A stretch of 64,000 nucleotides of DNA from Candidatus Bathyarchaeota archaeon. GTDB lineage: Archaea > Thermoproteota > Bathyarchaeia > Bathyarchaeales > Bathycorpusculaceae. The stretch covers positions 86,043 to 150,042 of the forward strand of contig CAVTZU010000020.1 in the NCBI GenBank assembly GCA_963739305.1, written 5' to 3'. Every line of letters starts with the position of its first letter. Position 1 is the stretch's first letter. Below are positions 1 to 11,285 of the stretch, piece after piece. The notes beneath the pieces were generated by a model that did no database searches, was not told the origin of the DNA, and saw nothing but the letters and a program-made list of their open reading frames with translations. A program made the translations under genes and the position numbers.

Positions 1-1698
1 GTCCACCCAAGCCTCCTCGGGGAAAAAGGGGGCCATTTCAGGAAAGCGATGCATTTCTAGGAGAGACCAAATGTCACTCCCACTCACCAAATTCCCCGAG
101 ATGATGCTACCGAATGTATCGGGGAGGTAGATTCCAAGTGGATCTCTCAAAAGCGTGTTGTTTGTTATTATGCTACTGTTGCTCGAGATCCGCATTCCCA
201 CTCCGTTGTCAACAATAATGTTTCTCTTGACCGTGGTGTCGAAAGAAGTATAATCGACGGACGACCACTCATCATCTGCGAGTGACCAGTAGCGATAGCC
301 TTTGGCATCAATAGCATAAACGGTGTCACTTATCGAGTTGTCTGTTATAATCGTGTTGTTTGAAGCTACCGCAAGAACGCCTTGAACGTTTTTCGACAGG
401 TTCAAACCCTCAACCAATATGTTCGTGCAGTTTATCAGTATCACGCATCCAGCGTCTGTTGGAACTTTTTGGTCGTGCTGATTTATCCAATAGATTATTG
501 ACCTGCCATCAACAGTGTTGGACACGTCGATGTCATTCACGAGTTCAACTAGCGGATCCATGTTAGCTGAATTCGCCAAAGAGAGACTATATATTTGGGG
601 AGGTATGCCAAAGTTCATTTGGCCACCGCTAATACTGTTGTTTCTCATTGTTGTAAATTTTGTAACCTCGGCCAAGTAGATGCCGTTCAAATTATCTTCA
701 AGTGTATTCCCAACTATAGTGTTGTTGTTACTGTATATCCATTCATATATGCCGTAAGCGTTCCCAGTAATGTTATTGTCGACGATCGAAGTGTTATTCG
801 AAAAGAGAAGCAATATGCCCTGCAGGTTGTTCGATAGACTGCAGCCCTTTACCGTGATATTATTGCAGTCGTTCAACCATACGTACCCAGCATCAGTTGG
901 GACATGCTCATCGCTTCGATTATCCCAGAAGTAAATGGGTTTTCCATTCACCGTGTTAGAAGAATCTATATCATTGACAACTCCATGTCTTGCAGGGGTG
1001 CCACCCACGAAGTTTGCTGTTTGTCCGTCTATAATAAGCCCAAAGTTGTAAGTGTTGCCGGTCATATTGTTGTTTCTAAGAATGTTGTTATTCGAGTAAC
1101 CCTCTAGAGTCAAACCGTGTTTGCTGTTTGAAACAGTGTTGTTGACTATGATATTATCAGCAGAGCTGAGAAGATGAATGCCAAACAAGGTATTGTTTGC
1201 TAAGAAGTTATTAGATACCGTATTATTGGCAGAACTTCGCAGCAGAATACCTCCATAAAGATTGTTTATGATTTGATTGTCTTCTATTCTATTGCCAGTG
1301 AACGTCGGAAGTAATCCCCACCAATACACAACAACACCGTATTCTCCGTTTCTTACTGTAAATCCGCTTATGCTAGAATTATTATTTATAAGCCATATTG
1401 TTCCATAGGGTCCAGTTCCGTTTCCATCGACAATCGTATTATCCCTGTTTTCTCCGACAAGAGAAACAGTCTGGTTTACCCACACGTTTTCATAGTATGT
1501 TCCGTTGTGTACGTATATTGTGTCTCCGTTGCTCGCTGCGTTTACTGCTTCTTGTATCGTGTGAAAGTCTGCTGGTCCATCATCGTCCACAGTCCATGTT
1601 CGCGGTTCTGCCTTGACAGGTTGAATGTTAAATGCCAAAGTCAACATGCTTGTTAACAGCAAAATGAACATCACCACAGAAAATACTCGCTTCAGCAA
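1..1698 (-). CDS. Secreted NosD/right-handed beta-helix (CASH) surface protein, runs off the left window edge
   Basis: Manual translation from TTG at 1698: signal peptide, then TWTVDDDGPADFHTIQEAVNAA...IYVHNGTYYENV and Asn-rich beta-helix repeats. The same frame is open at 1-60. Absent from the ORF track, probably because no stop lies in the window. Confidence 0.8.
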   Translation of the reverse strand, partial: MLKRVFSVVMFILLLTSMLTLAFNIQPVKAEPRTWTVDDDGPADFHTIQEAVNAASNGDTIYVHNGTYYENVWVNQTVSLVGENRDNTIVDGNGTGPYGTIWLINNNSSISGFTVRNGEYGVVVYWWGLLPTFTGNRIEDNQIINNLYGGILLRSSANNTVSNNFLANNTLFGIHLLSSADNIIVNNTVSNSKHGLTLEGYSNNNILRNNNMTGNTYNFGLIIDGQTANFVGGTPARHGVVNDIDSSNTVNGKPIYFWDNRSDEHVPTDAGYVWLNDCNNITVKGCSLSNNLQGILLLFSNNTSIVDNNITGNAYGIYEWIYSNNNTIVGNTLEDNLNGIYLAEVTKFTTMRNNSISGGQMNFGIPPQIYSLSLANSANMDPLVELVNDIDVSNTVDGRSIIYWINQHDQKVPTDAGCVILINCTNILVEGLNLSKNVQGVLAVASNNTIITDNSISDTVYAIDAKGYRYWSLADDEWSSVDYTSFDTTVKRNIIVDNGVGMRISSNSSIITNNTLLRDPLGIYLPDTFGSIISGNLVSGSDIWSLLEMHRFPEMAPFFPEEAWVD

Positions 1699-1859
1699 TC
1701 CCCGCTCCCCAACTTACATAGGTGTAATCGCTAGATATGACTTGTGAAGAAATCTTCTATGGCACGAGTACTTGCCACAAATAAGAGTGGTTGCGGTAGT
1801 GCGCGCGCTAAACCATGTGAAAAGATAACTGCAACGTACTTTTGGTACGCTTGAGTTTC

Positions 1860-2990
1860 TTAGATGTGTTTGTAGACTTGCTTGTCAGTGTAATTACCGC
1901 TTTCCATTTCATTCTCTATTTCTTTTAGCAGAAGGATCCGCTCATAGGTGCGTGGGTGAGTGGAGAACAGTAGATTTATTCTTCTCCAGCTTCGCTGAAG
2001 ACTATTGAATATTCTACCTCCTCCTTCAAGCTGTTTTTCTTCCTCGTCCATGGCCAGCTCAAGCTCTCTTTCTTCAAGAACGCCGTCGCCGTCCAAGTCG
2101 TATTCTTCTTTGCGTTCAATTATCCCTTCAAATTCCTTTTTGGCTGCAGCAGGATCGCCGATGTAGAAAGTTCGAATTCCGAAGTCTGAGTTGGGCTTGG
2201 GGCTGAGCGATAAGCCGTAGGTTATCTTGGTTAGAGCACTTTGAAGTTGGCGTGGAGATTGTGTGAGGTAAGCGGAGTAGGCGTCTGCGTAGTGCTCTCT
2301 TAAGCGACTCAGACTGCGCAAAGACAAGAGTGAAAGCGTGTAGAAGAGTAGGGGGAAGAGTGCGGCGATCAGAATCAGTATACGGCCTATAATCTGGCCG
2401 ATGATACTTCCAATTATGTTGGAGTCTTTTGAGGAGGAGGAACCCGGCGAGAATGCTGCCTTAACGAGCATCATGAAGATTGCATAGATTAGAATGGGTA
2501 TCGCGGCCAGCGTTGTCATTACGGCGCAATCGTTGTGTTTTAGGTGTCCAAGTTCATGGCCGATTACGCCTTCAATTTCCTCTTCGCTTAGTTTTTTGAG
2601 AAGGCCCTCATTGACGACAAGGGTTGCTCCTTTCTTTGTCCTTCCAAACACGAATGCGTTGGGCGCGTCATCCGTTACGATTGCCAATCTGGGGATGGGA
2701 ATACCGCTCCTGTCTGAAAGTTTTTTCACGGTTTTTTCGAGCCAGGGATTTTCTTGGGGCTGCAGGTATCTGAGTTTTGTTGAACGTTTAACAATCCATG
2801 GACCAGTTAGAAACTGGATCAAGAACAAGAATAGAATAAACGCAACGACGTAGAGCGGATGAACTAGAAATCCTATGCCCAGCAAGAAAGGAACAATGTA
2901 AAGAGGTATTGCGAGGAAAAAACAAAACACTAGGAAAAGAAGCATGGCTGCGATTGTCATGGAAAGTTTCAGACGTGAAAGTCCAGCCAT
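1860..2990 (-). CDS. htpX: HtpX-like M48 zinc metalloprotease
   Basis: PNAFVFG, HELGH zinc motif, REHYAD, STHP, several TM segments. Confidence 0.9.
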   Translation of the reverse strand: MAGLSRLKLSMTIAAMLLFLVFCFFLAIPLYIVPFLLGIGFLVHPLYVVAFILFLFLIQFLTGPWIVKRSTKLRYLQPQENPWLEKTVKKLSDRSGIPIPRLAIVTDDAPNAFVFGRTKKGATLVVNEGLLKKLSEEEIEGVIGHELGHLKHNDCAVMTTLAAIPILIYAIFMMLVKAAFSPGSSSSKDSNIIGSIIGQIIGRILILIAALFPLLFYTLSLLSLRSLSRLREHYADAYSAYLTQSPRQLQSALTKITYGLSLSPKPNSDFGIRTFYIGDPAAAKKEFEGIIERKEEYDLDGDGVLEERELELAMDEEEKQLEGGGRIFNSLQRSWRRINLLFSTHPRTYERILLLKEIENEMESGNYTDKQVYKHI

Positions 2991-3054
2991 TATGTCAGCT
3001 TCTCACAGCTTTTTGAGCTTGAAGAACTCGTCAAGCGCGCGACCTTGTCCAGGT

Positions 3055-6000
3055 CTAATCTGGGCCCTTTAACCAACCGCGGATTCCAAGCTCTTTCACA
3101 GTAACCGTTAGCTGTTCAAACTGGAAATACTTGTGCTCTCCAGCCTCGTCCATGAACTCAATTTTCGGCGTGAAAACGAATTCTCCCTTCCTTTTAGGTT
3201 TCAATGTCAGCTTCATTGCCTCGTTCTCCAGAGGAGCCATTCTTCTGCCTTTTAGGCTAAGTAGTTCCCCCAGAACTAGGCATTTTTCGGGTTTTCCTAT
3301 CAGATCGAATCCTTCCGGTATAATCTTCTGCACGCCTAACAAGAAAGCTGGGTTCTTCCCAAGATTGGCAATCTGAATCTCCAAGTCAAGGTTTTCACCA
3401 ACCGCAACCTCATTCTTATGCACAATCAAGTTTCCTTGAATAAATGCAGGTTCAAGCCTCAGCAAGCCAACAGGCTCTTCTATGTTCAAACTCGGTGCAG
3501 AGATCGTCTTGGTACTAGATGCGTCGCTGGGGACGGCGAGCAACTCCCCTAGAGACAGGACGAATTCGCTTTTTTCCTTGACCTTCTCAACCATCTTGAG
3601 AACTTCGTCTCTTTTTCCGGTGAACCCAGCTGTCTCATAGAGCCCAGCTGATCGTACCAGACACCTCTCAGCCAGGAGATAGGCCTTGTTTTTCTTTTCG
3701 AGATCAACTTCTATTTCGGCGCCGAGCATGTAGTTGTAAGCATCGAATAGAATCTCTGTCGCATTTGTCCACAGAGATGCATTGTGGAAACCTGCCTTCA
3801 AGTAGTAGTTCGCTGCACTTTCAAGCAGCTGTTTGGCTTTCGACAAATCATCTCTGCTTTTCGTTTCTTCGAACATGGTTCCGTGTTCAAGTGCTTTGCA
3901 GAAAGCGCTGTTGCCGGAAGCTAGTAAGGCTGTTGTGTCCTTGGCGGCGTGTTCTTTTGCTTTGAGAAACATCTCAGAAGCACTATGATACAGCTCGGGT
4001 GAAGCCCTTCCATCAGCTAACTTCATCTTTTGCCATGCACGACACATCAACGCAAGTGATTCTATTTCCTTTTGATCTGTTTCGATCGTTGTTGTCTCAT
4101 ACATTTCCTCCAGCGTAGTGGCTGCTGAACCGTACTTGTCTGCGCTTTCAGCGTGGTTTCCATTTCGGTCATACATTCTTGCTTCTTCTAAATTCATTCT
4201 TGCATTGCAGTAGTCCTTTCTTCGGACAGAAGCTTCCTTGAGTTCAATTGTCTTTTCCTTTTCCTCTAGGTTTTGGGTCTTTTCGGTTTCTTCCTCGAAA
4301 ACTTGCGCGGCCTCTTCAAAACATTCAGCCGCTTTCTTGAAAGCCTCAATCGAATCGGTGATATTGTCACGTCTGCTCAGGTCCTCTCCTTTTTCCAAAA
4401 GAGAACATGCAAGAAAGTTCATGGATAGATAGCTCCACAGTTTCAATGGCTTCAGAAGGTCTGCAGCCTTTTCGTAGTGATTCAATGCAGCATCGTATTT
4501 TTCCTGTGTGTGGGCAACCTTGGCTTTCTCGATCTCACTCCATGCCTTCATATAGGTTGAATGATCTAAGTAGAAATTTTCAAAGTGGGGATTTCCCTGA
4601 GCAGCACTTTTGTATTCCAAGAATGCGTTTTCGAAATTTCCAACAGCCTCTTGATTCTTTCCAAGGCGATCTTGATTTTTTGCCATTGCCCAATAGGACT
4701 CGGCGGCACGACTTGGCAACTTTCCTTTCTTGAATTCTTTTGCAGCTCCTGCATAAGCCTCGATAGTTCTGTCAAGTACTTTTTCGTCTTTGGTCAAAGC
4801 ATAAAGCTCTGTCAGTGTTGCTCCCAAAGAGGCTTCATAATGCCCGACTGAAACTATCAGTGTGGGTATGGGGCGAACTAAAATCCATTTCCTGCAACGT
4901 GAGATTCCATCGTTCATATCTGAAATCGCACTTTCAAGAAGATCTCTTTTCTTTTCGTTCTCATTTTCCTCTTTTGCCAACGCCGCTTTTATTAGTCCTT
5001 CATAATTCTTGCCAACTCCACGCACCCAATCGTTGGTCGGAACTAATCTTTCGGTAATCTTATTTGATTCTTGCCTGTGAACTAAAGCTTCTTCGAGGAG
5101 CCTTACCTTTTCATCTTTCTCAGCTTCAAGATTGGAACGGAAGTGAAGTGCTTTGCTTAAAGCATGAAGAGTGGAAACCGTGGCATCGGAGGAGCCTGAA
5201 CGTTTCGCGTGTTCTAATCCGTCGCGTCCGATTTCTATTGCCTTTTCTAACATTGAGCGCTTCTCTTCTGAACTTGCTTCGAATTCCCGACCCAGCGAAG
5301 AATAACTTTCAGCATAGAACAAATCTGTTTCAGCGATGTAAAAATCCTGGGAGATCATCTGAAGGTAGCGAATAGCGTCTTCAGCATATCTAATGATCTT
5401 CACGTGCCCTTCCTTCTTTTTTTCAGGGTCGGGTTCCCTTAGCGTCATCCAATCAGTCACAAATGCAAGAACGTAAGATGCAACTCCTCTGAGGTAATTG
5501 TCCCTTACGATCGTTCCTTGTCTCAGCATTTCCTCGGCGTATTCGGAAGACAAGCCCACCTTCTCAGTGAAAAGAAGCGTGCACATGGCTGCCGCCCAGT
5601 TTGCAATTGCGACATAATATGGGTTTTCAACATCTTTAGATAGTTCCAAAGCTTTCTGCGAGTAGTCCATGCTTTTTTGTGCAATTTCCTTTCGTTGTTG
5701 TTCTTCGACTACGTTTGCCGCATACCAGCCGTGGAGACTATAGGAAGAATAAGCCCGGAGGAGTTCAGTCTTGTCACCAAGGTTTGAGAGAACTGCAATA
5801 GCTTTGTTTGCGAGCTTGATTCCTTCATTGGCTATGCTTTTCATTTCCGTCCAGTCGTATGCAACGTACGATCTTTCAACAAGACACAGAAGCAGATCGT
5901 TACACATTTTTCCATAGCTCATTTTGTCGCCAACGTCTTCATATGCCTCCAGACTCTTTTTTCCCAACCTGAGGCATTCGTCGAGCATTCTCTTTTTCTC

Positions 6001-6363
6001 TGATGGAGAAGACGCCAGCGAAGTGCGTATGTAATTCGCCATGGCACTCAATTTCAAGCGTTTGCCCGCAGTTTCCGGGCTACCTTCTTCTTCGAGAAGT
6101 TGGGCTGCAGCTTCGTATGCTTCCACTGCCAGTTGACCGACCTTCATGAACTTCTCTGGATCCTCGGCCTGCAAGGCGGCTTTGTTGAGGCAATAGCCAA
6201 TCTTCTCTTGAAGGTCGGCTCTCTCAACGAGGTCGGCTTCTCCAACTTTGCCTGAGACTCGTTTGTATAGTTCTGCAGCCTCCAGCCAATTGTACTCCTT
6301 CTCTTTACGCTTTGCTTCGTCGAGAATGATAGCTAGCTGTTGACTTGCAGGCATGATTGACAA
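3055..6363 (-). CDS. Large TPR/alpha-solenoid protein with C-terminal Ig-like beta domain
   Basis: 1102 aa of Ala/Glu/Lys-rich helical repeats (AAELY, AAECFEEAA); C-terminal ~130 aa beta-rich (LEIQIANLG...FVFTPKIEF). Confidence 0.75.
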   Translation of the reverse strand: MSIMPASQQLAIILDEAKRKEKEYNWLEAAELYKRVSGKVGEADLVERADLQEKIGYCLNKAALQAEDPEKFMKVGQLAVEAYEAAAQLLEEEGSPETAGKRLKLSAMANYIRTSLASSPSEKKRMLDECLRLGKKSLEAYEDVGDKMSYGKMCNDLLLCLVERSYVAYDWTEMKSIANEGIKLANKAIAVLSNLGDKTELLRAYSSYSLHGWYAANVVEEQQRKEIAQKSMDYSQKALELSKDVENPYYVAIANWAAAMCTLLFTEKVGLSSEYAEEMLRQGTIVRDNYLRGVASYVLAFVTDWMTLREPDPEKKKEGHVKIIRYAEDAIRYLQMISQDFYIAETDLFYAESYSSLGREFEASSEEKRSMLEKAIEIGRDGLEHAKRSGSSDATVSTLHALSKALHFRSNLEAEKDEKVRLLEEALVHRQESNKITERLVPTNDWVRGVGKNYEGLIKAALAKEENENEKKRDLLESAISDMNDGISRCRKWILVRPIPTLIVSVGHYEASLGATLTELYALTKDEKVLDRTIEAYAGAAKEFKKGKLPSRAAESYWAMAKNQDRLGKNQEAVGNFENAFLEYKSAAQGNPHFENFYLDHSTYMKAWSEIEKAKVAHTQEKYDAALNHYEKAADLLKPLKLWSYLSMNFLACSLLEKGEDLSRRDNITDSIEAFKKAAECFEEAAQVFEEETEKTQNLEEKEKTIELKEASVRRKDYCNARMNLEEARMYDRNGNHAESADKYGSAATTLEEMYETTTIETDQKEIESLALMCRAWQKMKLADGRASPELYHSASEMFLKAKEHAAKDTTALLASGNSAFCKALEHGTMFEETKSRDDLSKAKQLLESAANYYLKAGFHNASLWTNATEILFDAYNYMLGAEIEVDLEKKNKAYLLAERCLVRSAGLYETAGFTGKRDEVLKMVEKVKEKSEFVLSLGELLAVPSDASSTKTISAPSLNIEEPVGLLRLEPAFIQGNLIVHKNEVAVGENLDLEIQIANLGKNPAFLLGVQKIIPEGFDLIGKPEKCLVLGELLSLKGRRMAPLENEAMKLTLKPKRKGEFVFTPKIEFMDEAGEHKYFQFEQLTVTVKELGIRGWLKGPD

Positions 6364-6415
6364 GCCTCAATTAGCGTATCTTGTTTCAGAGGGGATTCTT
6401 GAAAGCACGCGTGCA

Positions 6416-6846
6416 TCAAGTGATTCCGAACATAGATTCGAGGCGGTCGCGCGTTTCTCCAATAATCAAATGATATTTTTTGCTGTATCTTTTGGTAATG
6501 TCTTCCCATCGTTCGCCTTACGTTCTGCCTTAGGGTACCATCGCCACAGCTTAAGACGGGCGCTTGTCATCGAAACAGGCGGTAAGATGATCCTGATCTC
6601 TACTGGAGCGGAATGTTCAGCTGTTGTTTTGATGCGGTAGTATTGTCTTATCTTGCGGCGGGGCGGAGGTTTTGGTCCAGTCTCACGCTTAGTTACAGTT
6701 GTGGAGCCTTTTTGCAAAACTTCTCTGAAAGTCAGACAAACATCGTCTGTGGGAAAAACTGTGATGTTTTTCCCTTTGTTTGTTACTGCTCCGATGTTAC
6801 TCATGCTTTTCCCGTAGGTATAATATTCGTCATGAGGCTTTATCAT
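6416..6846 (-). CDS. Hypothetical beta-rich protein, frameshifted near 6520
   Basis: MIKPHDEYY...LKLWRWYPK continues in another frame as ERWEDITKRYSKKYHLIIGETRDRLESMFGIT*. An imperfect 11-12 nt tandem duplication lies at the junction. Confidence 0.5.
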
Positions 6847-6956
6847 TTTCGCCCGCAGGCTCTGCGAAGGTTTTGTTACAATATTTGGTTTTTGGGGGTA
6901 AAGTTTTATCTTTCTCTCTCTCCTACTCACTAACTCTCTATACCTACCTCTCTCTG

Positions 6957-7016
6957 TAAGACACAGACAGACAAACAGACACACAAACAGACAGAAACAG
7001 ATAGACAACTGTCTTA
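6957..7016. repeat. Degenerate CAGA/CAAA tetranucleotide array bounded by TAAGACA...TGTCTTA inverted repeat
   Basis: Seen directly; preceded by a CT-rich tract at 6911-6954. Confidence 0.7.
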
Positions 7017-7027
7017 AACCAGTTTTT

Positions 7028-7048
7028 GGTTTTGCGGAAAAGTTATAG
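7028..7048 (+). promoter_or_regulatory. BRE/TATA-like motif GGTTTTGCGGAAAAGTTATAG, copy 1
   Basis: Identical 21-mer at 11908-11928; variant on the minus strand at 10349-10365; each copy lies upstream of a gene start. Confidence 0.65.
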
Positions 7049-7119
7049 GCGAACCAGACAATATACTTAGAGTTTGACCTAGCGTGAACGAATAACAAGA
7101 TGTGGAGGTGAACAGAAAT

Positions 7120-7446
7120 ATGGGTATCGTCTTTGTTTTAACATGCGGGATCAAAGATGGAAAGCGAGCAGAATTTCAGGCTTTGATGAAAAAATTCCGA
7201 AAAATTATGAAGGCAGACCCGAAGGTTTTTGAAGGACTGATATCGTGGCGACTTTTCGAGCAAGAATACGGTGGAGTAGCTGGCACATACGTTGAAATGT
7301 GTGAATTCAAAAGCATGGAAGACATGGAGAAGTGGGAGAAGAGAATTTTCGAGCACAAAGAGATCAAGGAGCTTATGACAGAATGGCACAAAATAAAAGA
7401 CCACCACACGCCTATTACGCAGTCAATATGGAATACTGTTGTGTAG
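7120..7446 (+). CDS. Small dimeric alpha+beta barrel (NIPSNAP/ABM-like) protein
   Basis: GGAGGTGA RBS before ATG; IKDGKRAEFQALMKK...YVEMCEFKSMEDMEKW pattern. Confidence 0.6.
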   Translation: MGIVFVLTCGIKDGKRAEFQALMKKFRKIMKADPKVFEGLISWRLFEQEYGGVAGTYVEMCEFKSMEDMEKWEKRIFEHKEIKELMTEWHKIKDHHTPITQSIWNTVV

Positions 7447-7741
7447 GCTAAGAATAGAGAAAAGGTGATAGAACAATTCTCTATCACACTTTTTAAGCAT
7501 CTTTATTCACGGTGTTCTTTGGGAGATATCTATGTCAATCGGGAATACGGGAGCAAACCCTCATAAGCGTTGATATACCATTAATAACATGAACTAACCG
7601 CTTAATAAACAATGTGTCGAAATTGTAGAACGGAAAAACGCTAGACATCATACATGGGAATCATAAACCTGGCTTTGGGCTCTGGACAAGGCCGTTCTTG
7701 TTTTGTTTATGCTGGGCATTCGTGTTCAATGAGAACAATAA

Positions 7742-9111
7742 TTAACTGCTTTCTACCCATCTTACCATTCTGCTTAAAGGGTTCATTCCCTCATGAGGAG
7801 CACCAACTGCAAAATAACCCATTTTACCTAGATGTGTTATTCTATCAACCCCCTTCAAAGTGAGTTCATCCCTTAGTTCAGTTGCTTTAACAAAAGGTTC
7901 AATCGCAACGACTTGTGTTTCTGGACCGATATAATCTAATGCATTTCTTATAGTTTTTACAGGGACAAGAAATATCGTTCTTCCTAAGGGGTGCGTTTTT
8001 ATTTCTTCTGGTTTATTCACAATAATTATTGTCCACTCCGTTTTTTCAGAAGCTAGGACTTTATGGGCTCTAAACTCTGAATATAGTCTCGTATGAGTTA
8101 TCACAGCGTGACTGTCTAAAGAACAGTATCCTTTGGCAATCTTTCATTTTCTTCTGTAAGACTTTCAGCTAAAAATTTAGCCGTATTTTTCAATGTCACC
8201 TTCAACAAAACCTATTTGTGGGCTGAAGCATCCTTCTTGGTCAAATAAAGTCAAATCATGAGCTGCTTTTAGACTAACTTGCTTCAGGTCATTAAATGCT
8301 TCTTTTGCTATTAATTGAATCCCCCTTCTTGGACCAAATTCCAATAATTCAATTTTAGATGGAGCCTCTTTCCTAATGGTTTCTACTGCTTCTTTTCCAC
8401 CCCATACGCAGATACAATCTACAAAAGACATTAATTCATCAAGGATTTCCTTCTCATCGCTAGGCCAATAAACAACTGAAGTTGATTTTGTTATCGGATG
8501 TTCAGGGTCAACATCTAAATAAGACTGTGCAAGATATGCTGCAGTAACAACATCACCACTTGGCATTTTTGCTATGTTGCAGTTCTTTGTTAATGTACCT
8601 CTTACCAAACTAAGTATGCTTACTGGCGGAACATTTCCTGCAAGAATATGTAAAACATTTCCTCTTGGTTGACAATGAATTGATATTTCTCCTTTTTGAA
8701 TCCACTCATCTAAAAGTCTCTTGTCACCAAGTTCGCTATTCAATGTTGTTTCTAGATATTTTCTAGATAGCATTTCCTGAATTTGTTTCATCCCTAACTC
8801 AATCATTTCTCTAGAATATCCAGTCATTCTGCATGTTAAATCAACTGAGTTCTTCTCTTTTTTCATAAGCTTTTGATTCCCATAGCTTCTTCACATGTTG
8901 GTAGAAAGAAATGATTTCGATCAATGCTTAATTCATGAATCCCATTTTTATTAACTGCTTTCATTTCTTGGATGTCTTTATCTGAAACTTTAGGTAAACC
9001 AATTTCAAGTTCTCCTTCTTTAGATTCGAATTTAAGTAGATGGTCATTTCCCGTTTTTTCTTTTCCACAAATCATTGTTGGAATAAGGTTCATAATACCA
9101 CTTTGAGACAA
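7742..9111 (-). CDS. luxC: LuxC-like acyl-CoA reductase, split by frameshifts into 3 ORFs
   Basis: PRGNVLHILAGNVP, VWGGKEAV, EFGPR, FDQEGCFSPQ (catalytic Cys) and C-terminal PHEGMNPLSRMVRWV. Confidence 0.85.
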
Positions 9112-9139
9112 ACTTGGAGATTCGACATTTTGACCCTAT

Positions 9140-10257
9140 TCATGAACTATTTCTTGTTATTAACTTCATAAATTCTTCTAGCCTAATTGCACAGCCTCTT
9201 GCACCTAATTCACTTGCTCTTCCTCTATGCTCAACTATTTGCCCTGTAATTCCACACTTACATTCTTCTCCCATACTGCACCCATATCCCCTGGAAGCGT
9301 AAATGCTGGATAAGAACTTACAAATGCACTCATTGCAGCAAGCAGACCAGTTTTACCTTCCTCAGCTTCTTCGTTGATATTTTCTGGATTTCTAATTGAT
9401 ATATGATACCAAGGTGGTACATGCTTGTTATGGTATTCACATTCTGGTATCATTCCCATAATATCTGTTAATCCTAATCCATCTCTAATTTGATTTTCAT
9501 TGATACCAAAGAATTCTGCCATGTCTTTATATAATTCCTCTTTCTGAAACCTCTCCCTTTACCCCTTTCCAACCACCTGTAATCATAAATCTTGACCCAA
9601 CATCTAGCTTTATTTTTTTACCTTCTTTTTTCATATACTCTACTAAATTCCAATATGCAAAGGGCGGTCCATAAAGATGTTGAGCGTGTTTAGAACTTGT
9701 AATAAGTTCCAATATTTGTCCAGCATCAAATCTACCAGCTTTTGCAGCAAATTTTATGTTACTATCATTAAAACCCATCTTCTGGAAGGTTACATATGCC
9801 CCTCCAACTAACGCAACTTTAGTTTCTGTTGGAGGAGGAGCAAGAATAATAACACTGCCCGGCGTTATTCCCATAACTGTTTGCCATGATCTTGCATTAA
9901 AAATGGCATATCTTTCAATGGTTATTTTATCAAGTGGATACTTAACAGGGTTTTTGGATGTTGTGCTACTAGTTGTTAAGATTGTTACAATTTCATTTTC
10001 TGGAACACTTAAAATTAATTCTTCAGAATCTCTAAAAATATCACTTGGTATGGGTTGTATTTTAATCAAGTCTTCATATGTTTTAATATCTTCAGGTTTT
10101 ACGTTGTGTAATTCACAGTATCTTTTGTATTCTGGACAATTATTAAAGTGAAAAGCAAAAGCTTGTTTAAACATTCTATATTTCCATTCATGAATATTTT
10201 AATATTCATACGTAAAGGGTCAGAGAGTTCTAGTAATCTATCACATTCCCATTGCAT
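9140..10257 (-). CDS. luxE: LuxE-like acyl-protein synthetase, split by frameshifts
   Basis: TTSSTTS, YGPPF, ITGGWKG, KHVPPW, and C-terminal CKCG...GRA...RGCA in a shifted frame. Start ATG at 10257 follows a GGGTGA RBS. Confidence 0.85.
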
Positions 10258-10348
10258 TCACCCACTTCCGAAAGAGTCTAGAGCCAATCTAATATATACA
10301 GAGCGTTCTATTTCTAGTTTAGCAAAATAAGTGTCTTATTCGGTTTAG

Positions 10349-10365
10349 CTATGACTTTTCCGCAA
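10349..10365 (-). promoter_or_regulatory. TTGCGGAAAAGTCATAG motif, copy 2, upstream of luxE
   Basis: One mismatch to the 17-nt core of copies 1 and 3. Confidence 0.6.
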
Positions 10366-10785
10366 TGTTTTTCTAGCATCCATTATGTATCTGAATAATT
10401 CAAGACCGTGGAGCGTGCGGTTTTTTTAACTAAGCGTGTTCTCAAGTAGTCGGGGGGATTGCAGTTGATATCCACACGATATATCAATGTATAAGCTTGA
10501 GTCTTCTTAGCTCGAACCTCAAGCCAAACTTGAACCGCAAAAAAGAGCCGCATAAGCCGCCGCCAGCCAGCCAAAAAATGAGCTTGTTCTCAAGCTGATT
10601 ATTTCGACAATTATCAGGGTTTTATTGGCTGTTTTTGAGCCATTTTTGGCACAATACTAACCGTGTCTCACAGTCTCACAACTAACAATAAGGTAATTCA
10701 ATGCTACCGCCAAACCAACAACATATCCAGAATTTTACATAGACCCTGAAACAAAGAGAGAATCCCCTTCAGGACTGCACAAGCT

Positions 10786-11208
10786 GTGGAACAAGCTCGA
10801 ATCGAGATTTCTAGGCGAAAAAAAGAACGCTCAGAAACGCAATTGCTTAATGCTTTGGAATTTCCGTTTAGAAATGAGGATTGTAAAAGCTACAGACTTT
10901 TGAGAGTTAAGAATCAGAGGAGTTTTGAAGAGAACGAATTTTGCGGTTCACATATCTATAGATGTCAAATTTGCACGGATTGGCTTGAATGGTTCAAGCT
11001 GTATCAGGAAGAATCAGAATCAATGGAAGGTGACATTTCAGCTTTTGACAAGCCTATGAGCGGAGCTAACCCTTACGAATCTACTCAAATTGAACCTGAA
11101 GCTAATCCATACAGAAGTGAACCGCTAGACCGTGAGCTTGAAAGAAGCGAATTCTCAGACACAAATAGGGAATACAGAAGAGTCAGACGGAAAGACGAAC
11201 AGAATTGA
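10786..11208 (+). CDS. Hypothetical protein with Cys/His cluster
   Basis: 140 aa ORF; FCGSHIYRCQIC possible Zn site; start uncertain. Confidence 0.45.
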   Translation: MEQARIEISRRKKERSETQLLNALEFPFRNEDCKSYRLLRVKNQRSFEENEFCGSHIYRCQICTDWLEWFKLYQEESESMEGDISAFDKPMSGANPYESTQIEPEANPYRSEPLDRELERSEFSDTNREYRRVRRKDEQN

Positions 11209-11285
11209 CAACGAGAAAATGTCCATCATACAAAAAGAAAATTGAAGATTCTTCTATTTGCTAATATCTCATAGTCTGGCAATAA

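Noticed and set aside
6960-7010. Possible CRISPR array
   Set aside because: 4-nt units with no repeat-spacer structure, and no cas genes.
6847-7098. N-terminal extension of the 210-aa ORF (CLFVCLFVCLC)
   Set aside because: It is a translation of the simple repeat and promoter region; the real start is more likely near 6846.
7742-10257. Bioluminescence operon
   Set aside because: No luxA/luxB luciferase genes are present; luxC/luxE homologues occur widely without light production.
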